A stretch of 64,000 bases of DNA from Mustelus asterias (lineage: Eukaryota): positions 12,958,001-13,022,000 of the forward strand of contig NC_135825.1 of assembly GCF_964213995.1 (NCBI RefSeq), written 5' to 3'. The position numbers and the translations under genes were made by a program. The notes below the pieces were generated by a model, which did no database searches, was not told the DNA's origin, and saw only the letters and a list, made by a program, of their open reading frames with translations. Numbering within the stretch: the first letter of the stretch is position 1; each line of letters opens with the position of its first letter. This document shows, one piece after another, positions 1-14,100 of this stretch.

Positions 1-408
1 TGCATTAATCAGCACAAACTGGTTAAAAAGATGTCATAGTTTGATTTTGAAATAATACAATGAAATTGGAGGAAAATGGAAAGACAAGGGGAAGTGGCTT
101 TGAGCGCATGTGGAGAGTTTAATCCCCTTAAAGTCACAGAAGACCTGGATCCCAATACCAAAAAATCCCCAATAACAAAATTTTATTCACATATGGACTT
201 GGAGTTTTGGCCACCTGGAACTGGATTCACCAACCTCGCTTGCAGCTGGGATTTTCCAGACCCGCTGAGGGCCAATTTCTCCGTTCTTGCTGACATCGGC
301 CACGGGGCATGAACGGATGGAGAATTCTTGCCCTGGGTCTTTAAAGACAAAGATAACACTGCCTCACCTGCTGCAGCTGGCATCTTTCCTGGCGTTATCT
401 GAAGACTG

Positions 409-547
409 AGGACGGGATTTTCCGGCCATTCTTGTCAGTGGGATTTTCCAGTCCCGCCGCAGTGAACAGAGATTTGGCTGAACACCAAATTCTCCATCCT
501 CGCTTGCAGCGGCAGTGAGGCGTGAACGACCGGTAAGATCGTGCCCT
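409..547. mobile_element. Short MITE-like element with imperfect terminal inverted repeats
   Basis: GGGACGGGATTTTCCGGCC...GACCGGTAAGATCGTGCCC. A similar element lies at 55631-55755. Confidence 0.45.
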
Positions 548-739
548 GAATCTTTGAATAAAAGGGGGCAGCACAAAATCTGGGCTTCCTCACCACGTGG
601 TTATTTATCGCCACCTTCCAAATATAGTCTTGTGTTTTCTTTGATGAGCTACAAGCTCTTGTTTGATAGAATCATAGAATCCCAACAGTGCAGAAAGAGA
701 CCATTCGACCCATCGGGTCTGCACTGATCACAATCCCAC

Positions 740-1425
740 TGTTGTAGCGCAATATCGGACATTGCGTCTTTTATATTTTAATGTATATGTTCATTCATAT
801 TTTATTTAATTTCAGTATAATACATGCAGGGCTACATAGAGCAAGCCCAGAGGGCGAGGCCTCAGCAGAGGGAAGGAAAGGGTTAATGCAGACAGCTAGA
901 GGCCTGCTCTGCCGACAGGTAACAATTAACGCGTGCCATCAAATTCTGATGTACAGGAGATCGTTCCGAATTATCATGACAATGGGAGAACCGGCATTAA
1001 GACAGCCAGGCTTCATATAGTCCAGGGACGGCATAGTCTTCCATAAAACACAATCATCTAGCAGAGGGGGGGCATGATTCAGTGCAAATTGGTTGAGCAA
1101 ATACAGCGCTTTCACATTATAATCGGGTAAACGGAACCGACAAAGAACTGATGAACGAAGTTGTACTTAACAATACAGTCTGCATAACAAGATTAGAAGA
1201 ACCATCTTGTATCCAACTCAAGGAATTAATATGCAAATGTAAAGCTTTGTGACTCGAAAAAGTATATTAACCTGAACCAATCTTTCACGGGCAGAGAAGG
1301 ACTGGCAGGAAACCTGAGATTTCAGGCCAGAGTCCAGCTCTCCCTCATGCATGTGGAAGAAAAACATTTCTTGAAGTTCAAAACAGTCTCCAAGGCTCAA
1401 CTCGCTTTATTTCCCTCCTACATCA
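740..1425. mobile_element. Probable solo LTR inserted into an antisense HE1 SINE
   Basis: Termini TGTTGTAG...CTACATCA (TG..CA, imperfect inverted repeat). SINE sequence stops at 739 and resumes at 1426. Confidence 0.65.
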
Positions 1426-2578
1426 CCCCGGCCCTATCCCTATAACACCCACTTATTTACCCTGCTCACTCCCTGACACTGAGGGGCGATTTAGCATGGC
1501 CAATCTACCTGACCTGTCTGTCATTGGACTGTGGGAAGAAACCAGAGCACCCGGAGGAAACCCACGCAGACACAGGGAGAATGTGCAAACTCTACACAGA
1601 CAGTGACCCAAGCCGGCATTGAACCCGGGCACCTGGGAGACTCGAGCAGAGGCAGTTTCTGGGGCTCCTCACTGGGCGTCACGGCCGCTGCGCATCTCCT
1701 GTAGCCGGGGTTTTGGTGCAGTCAGCTCCGCGCCGGAAATCGGGCAGTTGCATAATGTCTGCAGACCCTCATTTGAATATGTTTAAAATCAGCCTCTCCC
1801 CCCCCCTGCCAGGAGTATTTCACTCCAGCCGGGTTTAGCATCGTTCCCCACTTGAGGGGAGCCCGTGGCCTGAGCCCGCTCGAGTGAAGAGGGGCCATCG
1901 GGGCCCCCCACAGGATCGGGTGCAGTGGGGGGGGGGGGGGGTTCCACCTGGGCATTGCCACCTTGGCAGTGCCAACCTGGCCCCCAGAAATGCCCGAGGG
2001 GCAAAGGACCAGAAACAGAACAATGTATCTGAGGGGTTGTCGAAGCACCAATCAAAGGGTTAAACAAAGGCTTCCACAAGAAGTTCTTTAAGCACTAACA
2101 TAAATTTGCATCGTGTAGGCGCTGTCCTCCAACAGCCTGTGAAGTCCAATTCTTTCCAGCATTGCAGAATTAAGCTGGACACTCCATGAACCCACAGTTC
2201 AGCAGAAGCCATGTGACTGCTCTTGATGGTTTCCCAAGCACTTCATCCATTAATGTTCCTTTCTTTGAACAGTGGCAAATCGGTCTGTTTATTCTTCCCT
2301 GCTCTCCTGTTCTCTGGAGATTGATTCTGTTTCATCCACCTCCACCTCATCTCTCTCTCATTTGTGGGAATTATTCAATCCAGCTTCACTCTGAGTGAGG
2401 AGGTTGTGAATCAATTCGTTGTCACTGGGCAGGGTGGCTGCTCCTCTGGCTTTGGAATCTCCTTGTTCCTCCACATGAGCTTTAGGGTTGGACGAGAGGA
2501 GGTTTTTGAAATCCTCCAAAAGGATTATTTCGCTGAATCCCTCAGACAAGTGGTCAGTTGTGCGAGTTCAGACCCTCC

Positions 2579-2875
2579 AGTGGCACAGTGTTTAGCACTG
2601 CTGCTCCACAGCGCCAGGGACCTGGGTTTGATTCCCAGCTTGGGTCACTGTCTGTGTGGAGTTTACACGTTCTCCCCGTGTCTGCGTGTGTTTCCTCCGG
2701 GTGCTCCGGTTTCCTCTCAAAGTCCAGAAGATGTGTTGGTTAGGTGCATTGGCCACGCTAAGTTCTCCCGCCATGTACCTGAACAGGTGCTGGAGAGTGG
2801 CGACTGGGGAATTTTCACATTAACTTCATTGCAGTGTTAATGTCAGCCAATTTGTGACATTAATAAATAAACTTT
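2579..2875 (+). mobile_element. HE1-like SINE with alternative tail; similar + copies at 4276-4660, 5621-5890, 8683-8965, 12172-12480, 17205-17500, 35675-35950, 49343-49625, 52588-52866, 53270-53540, 59179-59465
   Basis: Same head/core as HE1 but ending in ...GTAACTTCATTGCAGTGTTAATGTAAGC...AATAAATAAACTTT. Confidence 0.85.
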
Positions 2876-3257
2876 AAACAAATGCCAACTGTTTAATTCT
2901 TTCAAATTCAAGGACGGTCACGTGGATTTTTTGCACCCATTCCTAAATCTCGGATGGTGCTTCTGGTACTAACTGATCAGCTCAATCTAGCTCTTCACTG
3001 CTGTTGATATCTTGCAGAGCATTCTGCAGGCAGTCTGGAATAAACTGTGGGCACTTCACCAACTAGCCAACCTGCATCAGGAGAGTCCAAGTCTCTGCCA
3101 CCCACTTTAACCAATCAGCCAGCTTCTCGAAGGCTGTGAAGGAGGTTTCCACAGCATCATCTTCAAACCTGGGGGTGAATCAGAAATACTTCGAGAGGTC
3201 AAAGTGTGTCTCTGAGCTCCGGGGGGTTTAAATTACCAGTGGTGCCTTTTTCTAATT

Positions 3258-3680
3258 CATTCGTGGGACAAGGGAGTCTCTGGCTGGCCAGCATTTATTG
3301 CCCATCCCTAGTTGCCCTTGAGAAGGTGGTGGTGAGCTGCCTTCTTGAATTGCTGCAGTCCGCGTGCTGTGGGTTGACCCACAATGCTGTCAGGGAGGGA
3401 ATTCCAGGATTTTGACCCAGCGACTGTGAAGGAACGGCGATATATTTCCAAGTCAGGATGGTGAGGGGCTTGGAGGGGAACTTTCAGGTGGTGGTGTTCC
3501 CATGTATCTGCTGCCCTTGTCCTTCTAGATGGAAGTGGTCGTGGGTTTGGAAGGTGCTGTCTAAGGATCTTTGGTGAATTGCTGCAGTGTATTGTGTAGA
3601 TGGTACACACTGCTGCTACTGAGCGGCGGTGTTGGGGGGAGTGGGTGTTTGTGGTGCCAATCAAGCGGTGTCTCTCCTGG
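3258..3680 (-). mobile_element. Second LINE family (CR1/L2 group) 3' fragment; further copies at ~14065-14290, 18660-18910, 24246-24960 (+), 32385-32710, 36230-36560, 40810-41035 (+), 42400-42880
   Basis: Recurrent [32 protein letters not shown] end and shared 3' UTR. Confidence 0.7.
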
Positions 3681-4946
3681 ATAAAGACAATTTCTCCAAA
3701 GCTGCTTCAATCTGCTTTGGTTCCCTCTCGTTTGGTGCCTGTAATTCATCCTCAAGCTTCTCCAGCGGGAAGGCTCACTCCAACTCTCTTTCCTGGAATC
3801 CCCCTTTTCCTTCCCCGCCTGGAACTCTAACTCTTGCCTCTGCTCCTCCAGCTGAATCTTGCCGAGGGTAACCTGGTCCGTGTCAGGCTTGTGTCTTCTG
3901 CCTGTTCCAGCTGAGGCCAAGTTCCTCAGCCAGTATTTCTAGTTCCTCAGTGTGTTGTGCCCATTTCCTCACAGTGAGTCCCAACGGGCTAGTTATTGCT
4001 TGAAGCTGCTCTGTTGTTGGGGCTGGTAACCTTTGCTGAGTTAAATCCTCCACTTCCACAAATGAGTTCACATTGAATCGAGCCACTCCACCCTCTAGTG
4101 GTGACAAACGCACAAAACATGCTGCTCGAGGCTTTTCATTTCAAAGAAACACTTTCAGCTGCTGCACTTTCCCTTCTTGTTCCCAGTTTATTCTTTTAAA
4201 CTCAGATTTGCCTCATTTCAGTTCAATTGGTTCCAATCTTGGCTGCAGCAGCAAATTCTGATATGGACAGGAGAACAGTGGTTAGCACTGCTGCCACAGT
4301 AATAAGCCTCACAACACCAGGTTAAAGTCCAACAGGTTTATTTGGTCGCACTTTAACCTGATGTTGTGAGACTTCTTTACTGTGCTGACCCCAGTCCAAT
4401 GCTGGCGTCTCCACATCATGGCCTCACAGCGCCAGGGACCCAGGTTAGATTCCCGGCTTGGGTCACTGTCTGTGCAGAGTCTGCAAGTTCTCCCCGTGTC
4501 TGCGTGGGTTTCCTCCGGGTACGACTGTTTCCTCCCGCAGTCTGAAAGACGTGCTAGTTAGATGCATTGACGCCAAACTGTGGTGACTATGGGAATTTCA
4601 CAAGTAACTTCATTGCAGTGTTAATGTAAGCCTGACTTGTGACTAATAAATCAATAAACTTGAAACTTTATCAACAGGTACCCTCCAGTTCCCTTCCCTT
4701 CCTGCCGGGAATCAGTGTGGCTGTTTTTGGAACGGTTTCTCTGTGTGATTCTAAGCTCCTTTTAGCACCTGGTCAGTTTAAAGGAACAGCAGGAGGCTTT
4801 CATGTGTTTAAAAATAAAGATTATTTCTTCACGCACTCACTCTGAAGAAGCCTAAATGTCACATCATTCACACACTGAGTAGGGCGTTACTGGATTAAAT
4901 ATTTATTTCAGCTCCAAGCAGCCGGGCCTGCGATGACAGGCTGAAA

Positions 4947-5147
4947 ATGGTGCTCCAACCTTTGGAAAAGCATGGAGTTTGGGCAAGGGCGCTCAAATGC
5001 GAATTGTTTCCAATTTCTGTGGAGCGTTTGGGTCACAGGGTGGATAGAGAGTGGTTACATCCTACCGCGGGTGAAGTTGAAGATTTAAGAAGTGTTCAGG
5101 ATATCTCTGAGCCCAGATCTGCTTTGGGGCTTAACCACATCTTCTAG
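4947..5147 (+). mobile_element. Old Gypsy RT remnant
   Basis: LEKHGVWARALKCELFPISVERLGHRVDREWLHPT resembles the Gypsy RT C-terminal KC..F....YLGH.I...G..P motif. Confidence 0.55.
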
Positions 5148-6946
5148 AACAGAATGCTGCTTTCCAGAGAGTTTCTCTTATCAGCTGGGCGTGGAGATGA
5201 TCTTAACCACTCACCAGCACCCTGTTACTGACATATCATACTTCCATTTTGATCTCACAGTTTCCATAGGACTCACCTTAGAAGCCATGCTTTTAGCATG
5301 TAAGTGTGACCCGCTTTAATATGTCTCCACTTTGAATATATCTCTTCCTCAGTTTTACAACTCTATACCCTATTGTTCTCCACCTCACTGCGGTAAATAT
5401 CTGTTTGCCTTGCTGCTAAGCTAATTCATATATCAAACTCTTCCAGACAACTGCAATGCCCTTTTATCCAATTCTTTAAACATCATTTTATCGGAACTTC
5501 CTTCATCTTTATTGCATCCAATTCTTAAATCTTTACTTTATTCAACTTAAGCTTCAAGTTTACAATTTTATTTAAAGTTTATTTATTAGTGTCACAAGCA
5601 GGCTTAATTTAACACTGCAACACAGCCAGGGACCCGGGTTCCATTCCCAGCTTGGGTCTCTCTATGTGTGGAGTTTGCACTTTCTTCCCATGTCGGCATG
5701 GGTTTCCTCCGAGTGCTCCGGTTTCCTCCCACATTCAGAAAGACGTGCTGGTTATGTGCATTGGCCGTGCTAAATTCTCCCTCAGTTTACCCAAACAGGC
5801 GCCAGAGTGTGGTGACTCGGGGAATTTCACAGTAACTTTGTTGCTCTGTTAATGTAAGCCTTACTTGTGACTAACAAATAAACTTTACTTTAAGTTAGTG
5901 TGAAAATCCCCTGGTCACCACATTCCAGCACCTGTTCGGGTGCATTGAGGGCGCATGTGGCATTCCAACGCACCTAACCAGCACATCTTTTGAACTGCGG
6001 GACGAACTGGAGCAGCTCAAGGCTTCCTGACACTTTACAAAGTCATGATGATTAGAGTCCAGCCTTTTGCATTTTCCGGGCCTTCCTTTCAAGTGTCTCT
6101 GCTTGACATGGACCTTGACACCTTTTCAAGTGCCAAATTCCTTGTCCTCTCAGGAGAGGGTACAGTCCAAATTCCCCTTTTTCAGAAGGGGAACACGTTA
6201 CAGCATCAACAGTTTGTGATCCATGACTTTACTTGTACTTTCTTTTTAAACAGGTCTTCTTCCAACACTTCAATATGCCCTCAATCAGTTGGTGAAGCGT
6301 CGCTGGCACTCTGTCATCGTGTCCATTTTCCTGAGAACATTTAGCACAGTGAGTAGAAGAGGGACAAAACCAGACAGAAAGAGAATCCTGATCGGGGTGG
6401 AGTAAGAGAAACAAGTCTGAAGTTAAACCAGGAAGTTAAGATGAAACAACATCATCATAAGTGGCTGAGAAGACTCCCAAGAATGGTCATGAAAATGTGT
6501 GATCCTTGCACATGTTTAGTCAAGATGTTTGATGCTGGAAATGTTACGTTTGTACACATACTTCTTGTTTTAATTTCAGAGATTCACAAAGGTTAAGAAG
6601 GTTAGAAAGAATCAAGTGAGTTTGATGAATTGGACAGTTGGGATGCGGGTAAAGTACCAATAGTTACTGCAACACAAGGGACAGCTGAATCCTGTTCAGA
6701 TCCAAGTCAGAGTCAGACAGACAGACGTGTCTGGGGAGGTGGGATTTTGGAGGGGGGGGGTGGGGGGCAGGGATACGAATGATGCACTGATCCAGTGAAT
6801 CTTCAGCGAGGTCTACAGGGAATGGAGACTGACTCAACCCAGTGACAATGTTCTACTCACGATAAAACTTTATTTAAAACCCAAATGCTGCACCACACAA
6901 AGCTCTCAGCTTACAAGCCTGTGACAACATCTGGCCAATGTAGAAA

Positions 6947-7064
6947 GTAAGAAGTCTCACAACACCTGGTTAAAGTCCAACAGGTTTATTTGGCTGGACT
7001 TTAACCTGGTGTTGTGAGACTTCTTACTGTGCTTACCCCAGTCCAACGCCGGCATCTCCACATC
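6947..7064. mobile_element. Centrally deleted copy of the same palindromic element
   Basis: Same arms and tail, target duplication AATGTAGAAA. A third copy at 4298-4420 is nested in a SINE. Confidence 0.75.
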
Positions 7065-7929
7065 AATGTAGAAAACCCATTGAACTGAGGAAAATATTCA
7101 TGTGACTTCAGCTAAGTGAATGTGGGATGGACCATTGATCACATCCAATGCTTCAGCTGAGGAACATTGGCATTTTCAGCTGGGGTGGAGGTTTGGAAGG
7201 GGCAGGGGAGGGGCACAGAGTTTCATCACGGCTGGTTAGGTGGTCTCACTAAAGTTACATGTCAGATTTTGAGTGTCGCACTGTCAGCCTCTGTCATTGA
7301 TTTGATTTATTTTTATTTATTATTGTCACATGTATTGGGATACAGTGAAAAGTATTGTTTCTTGCGCTCTATACAGACAATGCATACCGTTCACAGAGTA
7401 TATAGGGGTGGAGGAAAGGAAAGGGTGCTGAATATAGTGTTACTGTCAGAGCTGGGGTGTAGAGAAAGAATCATTCAAACATTAAAGGTCGATAGATCTC
7501 TGATAATAAATGAATAGAAATCTGATAAGCTCGGTCTCTCTTTGGATCTCGTAAACCTGAGGGAGCAAACACCCCAGTTCAAAATACTATAGATGTGCTT
7601 TAAGTTAAAACACCCTCAGTCCTGTTCCTCTTCACACTCCCTGAAAACCAAGTCACACTGATTCCCATCCCTCAAATTGAATTGTTGTTCATGATACAAA
7701 CAGGATGCATTGGAATTAATTTCCGACGGAAAGCACCAAGGAGGGTGATTTATTGCTTCAATGCACATGACAGCAAAAAGCAGAGCGAACAGAAGTTCCA
7801 ACTGAAAATGTCTTTCCAAAGAAGATGACTTTCCTTGGATAACATCTTTATGTAACGTTGTACTTTGACAACAGTCAGCCAAGGACAGATCATTTCCTGC
7901 AACTGCAACCGTTGACATCAACCCAAACC

Positions 7930-8020
7930 AAGTTGTGAAAGAGTGTGGTTGGTCAACTTCTCTGATCCTGTGGGTGTGGGGTAGATAGTTCCACTGCTAT
8001 GAGGAAGTAAATGATTCAGT
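7930..8020 (+). promoter_or_regulatory. Candidate TATA-less myeloid-type promoter
   Basis: TTGTGAAA (C/EBP-like, 7933-7940), TGTGGTT (RUNX, 7944-7950), GGGTGTGGG (KLF/CACCC, 7972-7980), GAGGAAGT (PU.1/Ets, 8001-8008) and TGATTCA (AP-1-like, 8012-8018), all within ~150 nt upstream of the ATG. Confidence 0.5.
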
Positions 8021-8083
8021 GCAGATCCTTTGACCGATTTAGAGACACTTGTGCTGAAAACGGTGGATACTTTTGCCGGGACC

Positions 8084-8123
8084 ATGAGGTTCACCGCGTT
8101 GCTGCTCCTCACTTTGATATCAA
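8084..8123 (+). CDS. Exon 1, leader peptide [13 protein letters not shown]
   Basis: ACCATG Kozak-like context, hydrophobic run, phase-1 donor A|GTAAG. Confidence 0.85.
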
Positions 8124-11100
8124 GTAAGATTTTCCAGTGCTATATGTGGAATGCCAGTTCACGTTTATGTAGAATCTTCATCTGAGGAAAATGGTTCAAA
8201 GTTGTTCACAGAGGAGTGAAGAAACACAGACTCTGGGCCAAAGGAGGGCAGGTGGAAAGGGTGAACCAAAAGCTCAGTCGAAGAGATGGGTTTTGAAGAG
8301 GGGGAGAGGGAGTTGGCGAGGAGAAGAGTTTTGACAACGGAGTCTCAGAATGTTGGATCTAATTGAAAACACGGCCATTAATGGTGGGGCACTTGGTTTC
8401 AGAGGAATGGAGAGTCCCCTCAGGGAGGGGGATAGTGGAATATCGGAGGACATTTCAGGAATGTGAACAGATTAGTATAATTTGCAAATTAACCTCGAAA
8501 CCCACATGGCGCTCACTCCTGCCACCCAGAGATAGCGACAGGAATAGAATCCATCATACCTTTCATACCTGAAGTAATAAAAAAAGAGAGGAAGATGGGG
8601 AATAGGACAGCCTGGATAGTTCTTCCTGAGAGTTCTGCAGTTTCAATGATGGGCAGTAGAGTTTCTTTCTGTGCTGTGAAATACGGTGACAGAGTGGTTA
8701 GCACTGCTGCCTCACAGTGCCAGGGACTTGGGTTCGATTCACAGCTCGGGTCACTGCCTGTGCGGAGTCTGCACGTTCTCCCCGTGTCTGTGGGTTTCCT
8801 CCGGGTGCTCCGGTTTCCTCCCACAGTTTGAAAGACGCGCTGGTTAGATGCATTGGCCATGCTAAATTCTCCCTCAGGCACCTGAGTGTGGCGACTAGGG
8901 GATTTTCACAGTAACTTCATTGCAATGTCAATGTCAGCCTACTTGTGACACGAATAAATAAACTTTACTACTTTGCCCACATGGAAATCAAATATCTCGG
9001 GATACGGATTAAACCCATTACTTCCCAACACATTAAGCAAATATCACGTTGAAGAAATTCTTGCCTGCGCCCTCAACTATCCTCCCTGCCATCCTATCTG
9101 TTGAATAAGATAACACACCGTCATTTCTGACCAATTAACATCGCTTCATAATATATATTAACTTTACATTTTAGATATTGCGTTTCTGCTTCAAATGCGA
9201 TTAAAGAAACGTGGACAAAACTTCTGGGGACTAAAGGAGCCTCTATATTCATCGAGAATGTGGCTTCACATGACCCAGGTTTTTACCTTTGTAAAGTATT
9301 TATCAGGCTGGGAAGATGAACGAGATCCCAGCCCTGGTGCTGAGGTTCTATAATTGAGGCCATTACCTGATTCACTCCTGCTTGCGATAACACAAAGGAA
9401 GAAAGGACATTACTCGAAAAGCAGGATATATTGTTCCTTCTGGAAGAGTACAGGCTTGAAATCGACTGGCTTGGCCTCACCCCAGTGCTAGGCTGAGGGG
9501 CTGGCCTGCAGAACGTGCTTCTTTCTCTCGGTGAGTTGGTGTCGCATTCCTGTACCCCACATCCTACTGCAAAGGCAGCTGTCCCAGAACACATCCAGTC
9601 ACCAAATGCATCACAAAGGTGGCCGCTGTCACGATTGGCTCAATCCTGAAAGAGCAGGCCCAAAGTTTGTATGTACTTGGAATATAGTGTTCAATTCTGG
9701 TCGCCACACTACCAGAAGAATGTGGAGGCTTTGGAGAAGGTACAGAAAAGATTTACCAGGATGTTGCCTGGAATGGAGGGCATTAGCTCTGAGGAGAGGT
9801 TGGAGAAACTTGGTTTGTTCTCACTGGAGCGACGGAGGTTGAGGGGAGACCTGATAGAAGTCTACAAGATTATGAGAGGCATGGACAGAGTGGATAGTCA
9901 GAAGCTTTTTCCCAGGGTGGAAGAGTCAATTACTAGGGGGCAGAGGTTTAAGGTGCGAGGGGCAAGGGTTAAAGGAGATGTACGAGGCAGATGTTTTACA
10001 CAGAGAGTAGTGGGTGCCTGGAACTCGTTGCCGGGGGAGGTAGTGGAAGCGGATACGATAGTGAGTTTTAAGGGGTGTCTTGACAAGTACATGAATAGGA
10101 TGGGAATAGAGGGATATGGTCCCCGGAAGGGTGGGGGTTTTAGTTAAGTCGGGCAGCATAGTCGGTGCAGGCTTAGAGGGCCGAAGGACCTGTTCCTGTG
10201 CTGTAATTTNNNNNNNNNNNNNNNNNNNNNNNNNNNNNNNNNNNNNNNNNNNNNNNNNNNNNNNNNNNNNNNNNNNNNNNNNNNNNNNNNNNNNNNNNNN
10301 NNNNNNNNNNNNNNNNNNNNNNNNNNNNNNNNNNNNNNNNNNNNNNNNNNNNNNNNNNNNNNNNNNNNNNNNNNNNNNNNNNNNNNNNNNNNNNNNNNNN
10401 NNNNNNNNNNNNNNNNNNNNNNNNNNNNNNNNNNNNNNNNNNNNNNNNNNNNNNNNNNNNNNNNNNNNNNNNNNNNNNNNNNNNNNNNNNNNNNNNNNNN
10501 NNNNNNNNNNNNNNNNNNNNNNNNNNNNNNNNNNNNNNNNNNNNNNNNNNNNNNNNNNNNNNNNNNNNNNNNNNNNNNNNNNNNNNNNNNNNNNNNNNNN
10601 NNNNNNNNNNNNNNNNNNNNNNNNNNNNNNNNNNNNNNNNNNNNNNNNNNNNNNNNNNNNNNNNNNNNNNNNNNNNNNNNNNNNNNNNNNNNNNNNNNNN
10701 NNNNNNNNNNNNNNNNNNNNNNNNNNNNNNNNNNNNNNNNNNNNNNNNNNNNNNNNNNNNNNNNNNNNNNNNNNNNNNNNNNNNNNNNNNNNNNNNNNNN
10801 NNNNNNNNNNNNNNNNNNNNNNNNNNNNNNNNNNNNNNNNNNNNNNNNNNNNNNNNNNNNNNNNNNNNNNNNNNNNNNNNNNNNNNNNNNNNNNNNNNNN
10901 NNNNNNNNNNNNNNNNNNNNNNNNNNNNNNNNNNNNNNNCACACTCACACAAACATATGCACATGCACACACATGCACATACACACACACACTCACAGAC
11001 ACATGCACACACACATATACATAAACACATACACACACATACACACCCGTACGCACGCAAACTCACATACACACACACATAAATGCACTTTATACACACA

Positions 11101-14100
11101 CACATGCACATGCACGTACGCACACGCAGACACATGAACATACACTCACATGCACATGTGCACACACAGTCATACACACCCACTCACACACACACGCCCA
11201 CACACATATATACACACACATACACACACACAAACACATGCACGCACGCATGCACNNNNNNNNNNNNNNNNNNNNNNNNNNNNNNNNNNNNNNNNNNNNN
11301 NNNNNNNNNNNNNNNNNNNNNNNNNNNNNNNNNNNNNNNNNNNNNNNNNNNNNNNNNNNNNNNNNNNNNNNNNNNNNNNNNNNNNNNNNNNNNNNNNNNN
11401 NNNNNNNNNNNNNNNNNNNNNNNNNNNNNNNNNNNNNNNNNNNNNNNNNNNNNNNNNNNNNNNNNNNNNNNNNNNNNNNNNNNNNNNNNNNNNNNNNNNN
11501 NNNNNNNNNNNNNNNNNNNNNNNNNGCACTCATACNNNNNNNNNNNNNNNNNNNNNNNNNNNNNNNNNNNNNNNNNNNNNNNNNNNNNNNNNNNNNNNNN
11601 NNNNNNNNNNNNNNNNNNNNNNNNNNNNNNNNNNNNNNNNNNNNNNNNNNNNNNNNNNNNNNNNNNNNNNNNNNNNNNNNNNNTACAGACACACACACTC
11701 TCACTCCCAAGGACACACACCCACACAATCCCTCACACAGACATACACGCACACTCACTCATTCCCTCACACACAGACTCTCACTCTCTCTCACACACAC
11801 ACACACACTCTCTCTCTCACTCTCCCTCCCACAAAAACACTCTCCCTCTCTCACTCCCACACACACTCACTCACACATTTGGGGCTCTGCTCAACAAAGT
11901 CTCACCCCTGGGCCTTGTGGCCAGCTCTCCTCCCCAGGACCTCCTCAGCCTTGTCCCCGGGCCCAGTTTGGAGGTGCTGGAGTTGGGTTCCGTGCACTCT
12001 GACAGCAACACCCCACTGGTGGAAGGGCACGATGAGAGGTAGTTGTGGGAATCTTGGGATTTTAAATATGAATATTAATTATAAAAATGAGGAGTTACAT
12101 TAACCCTTTACTGCTCACTTGTTACATCTCTGCTGGAGTATTGGGTACTCCAAGTATGGGGATATAAAAAGGGGCGGCACGGTGGCACAGTGGTTCACAC
12201 TGCTGCCTCACAGCGCCAGGGACCTGGGTTCAATTCCTGGCTTGGGTCACTGTCTGTGTGCAGTCTGCATGTTCTCCCCGTGTCTGCATGGGTTTCCTCC
12301 GGGTGTTCCGGTTTCCTCCCACAGTCTGAAAGGCTTGCTGGTTATTTGCATCGGCCAGGCTAAATTCTCCCTCGGTGTACCCGAACAGGTGCCGGTGTGT
12401 GGCGACGAGGGGATTTTCACAGTAACTACATTGCAGTGTTAATGTAAGTCTACTTGTGACTAATAAATAAACTTTACTTTACAATTCTGGGCACCACACC
12501 GAAGGAAGGAGGCAAGGGCACAGAGTGGATTTACCAGGATGATGCCAGGGATGAGGGAGTTTAGTTATGTGAACAGATTGGAGAAACCGAGATTATTGTC
12601 CTTGGAACAGAGCAGATTAAAGGGAAATCTAATCAATGTATTGAAAATGAGGAAGGGTTTTAATACAGCAAGTGGAGAGAGCAATTATTTCCTCTCGCTG
12701 GTGGATTGGTCACCAGAGATCATAGATTTCAAATAGTTGGAATACAAACCAGTGGATAAATGAGGGGAAATTATTTCATGCAGAAGATTGTTATGATGCG
12801 GAATACACCACCTGGAATGGTGATGGAATGAGATTCCAAAGGAACTTTCGGAAGGCAGTTGGACATGTGTTTGGAGGGGATTAATGTGCAGGGTTGTGGG
12901 GGAAGCTGGGCCGTGGGATTCAATTGGACAATAAATTTCCAAAGAGCTGGCACAGACATGACAGGCCGAATGTCCTCCTTCTCTGCTTTAAGATTCTTGA
13001 TTCCAGTCCCACCTAGGACGGTGGCACGGTGGCACAGTGGTTAGCACTGCTGCTTCACAGCTCCAGGGACCTGGGTTCGATTCCCGGCTTGGGTCACTGT
13101 CTGTGTGGATTTTGCACAGTCCCCTCGTGTCTGCGTGGGTTTCCTCCGGGTGCTCTGGTTTCCTCCCACGGTCCAAAGATGTGCGGATTAGGTTGATTGG
13201 CCATGTTAAAATTGCCCCTTAGTGTCCTGAGATGCATAGGTGAGAGGGATTAGTGGGTACAATATGTAGGGATATGGGAGTGGGGTCTGGGTGGGATTGT
13301 GGTCGGTGCAGACTCGATGGGACAAATGGCCTCTTTCTGGACTGTAGGGTTTCTATGATTTCTATGACTTGTGTGTGTCCCCTTGTGAAGCACTGGCTAG
13401 CATTGGACCAAAAGGATTGTCTACAATTGGTCGTTGGGATATTTTCAGCTTTCTTAAAACGTTATGTTTCACCAACAGTTTTATGGACACAAACTGCCTC
13501 GATAGTGATGAAAGCTGCAGTGGGAGAAACCATCACTGTGGAATGTCCACAGGCAACACAGCAAAAACACCATGAAATCTGGTGGTGTAAGAAAACTTCA
13601 TATAATTATTGCAATCAGATATCGAGCATTGACGGAGCCAGAGTCTGGAATGGTTATGCAAGAACATCGATCGCTAATACCAATGGTAACATTTTTGTAA
13701 CCATACAACAACTTCAGAAGACAGATACAGGAACATACTGGTGTGGACCTCAACAACACAACATTCTCCGTCCTTTAGATGTTATAGTACTGGAGGTTTT
13801 CTCAGGTAAGAATATTTCAGAAGATTGATTATAGCTCTGATAATGTGATCTGGCTGCAATAACACAGGACAGCTGCTGTGTGCTGTGTGAACTCAGATTA
13901 ATAAAATATTATCACAACTCCTGATGTACAAGTAGTGACCTCCCATACTCCCATTTCTATCCTTTTCCATTAACCTATTTCCACATCCTTTCAATTTATA
14001 CTCTTACAAACCAAAAATCATATTCCGCCCAAGACTCCTTTATTGATTCTTTCATGCGATGTGAGTGTCTGGAACAGCATTTATTGCACATCCCGAATTA

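Noticed and set aside
9926-12103. Long ORFs across N runs and CA repeats
   Set aside because: Artefacts of assembly gaps and microsatellite sequence.
13253-13478. N-terminal extensions of ORFs 13253-13828 and 17661-18413
   Set aside because: The upstream parts are SINE, CR1 or intron sequence; the real exons start at the AG acceptors (13479 and 18064).
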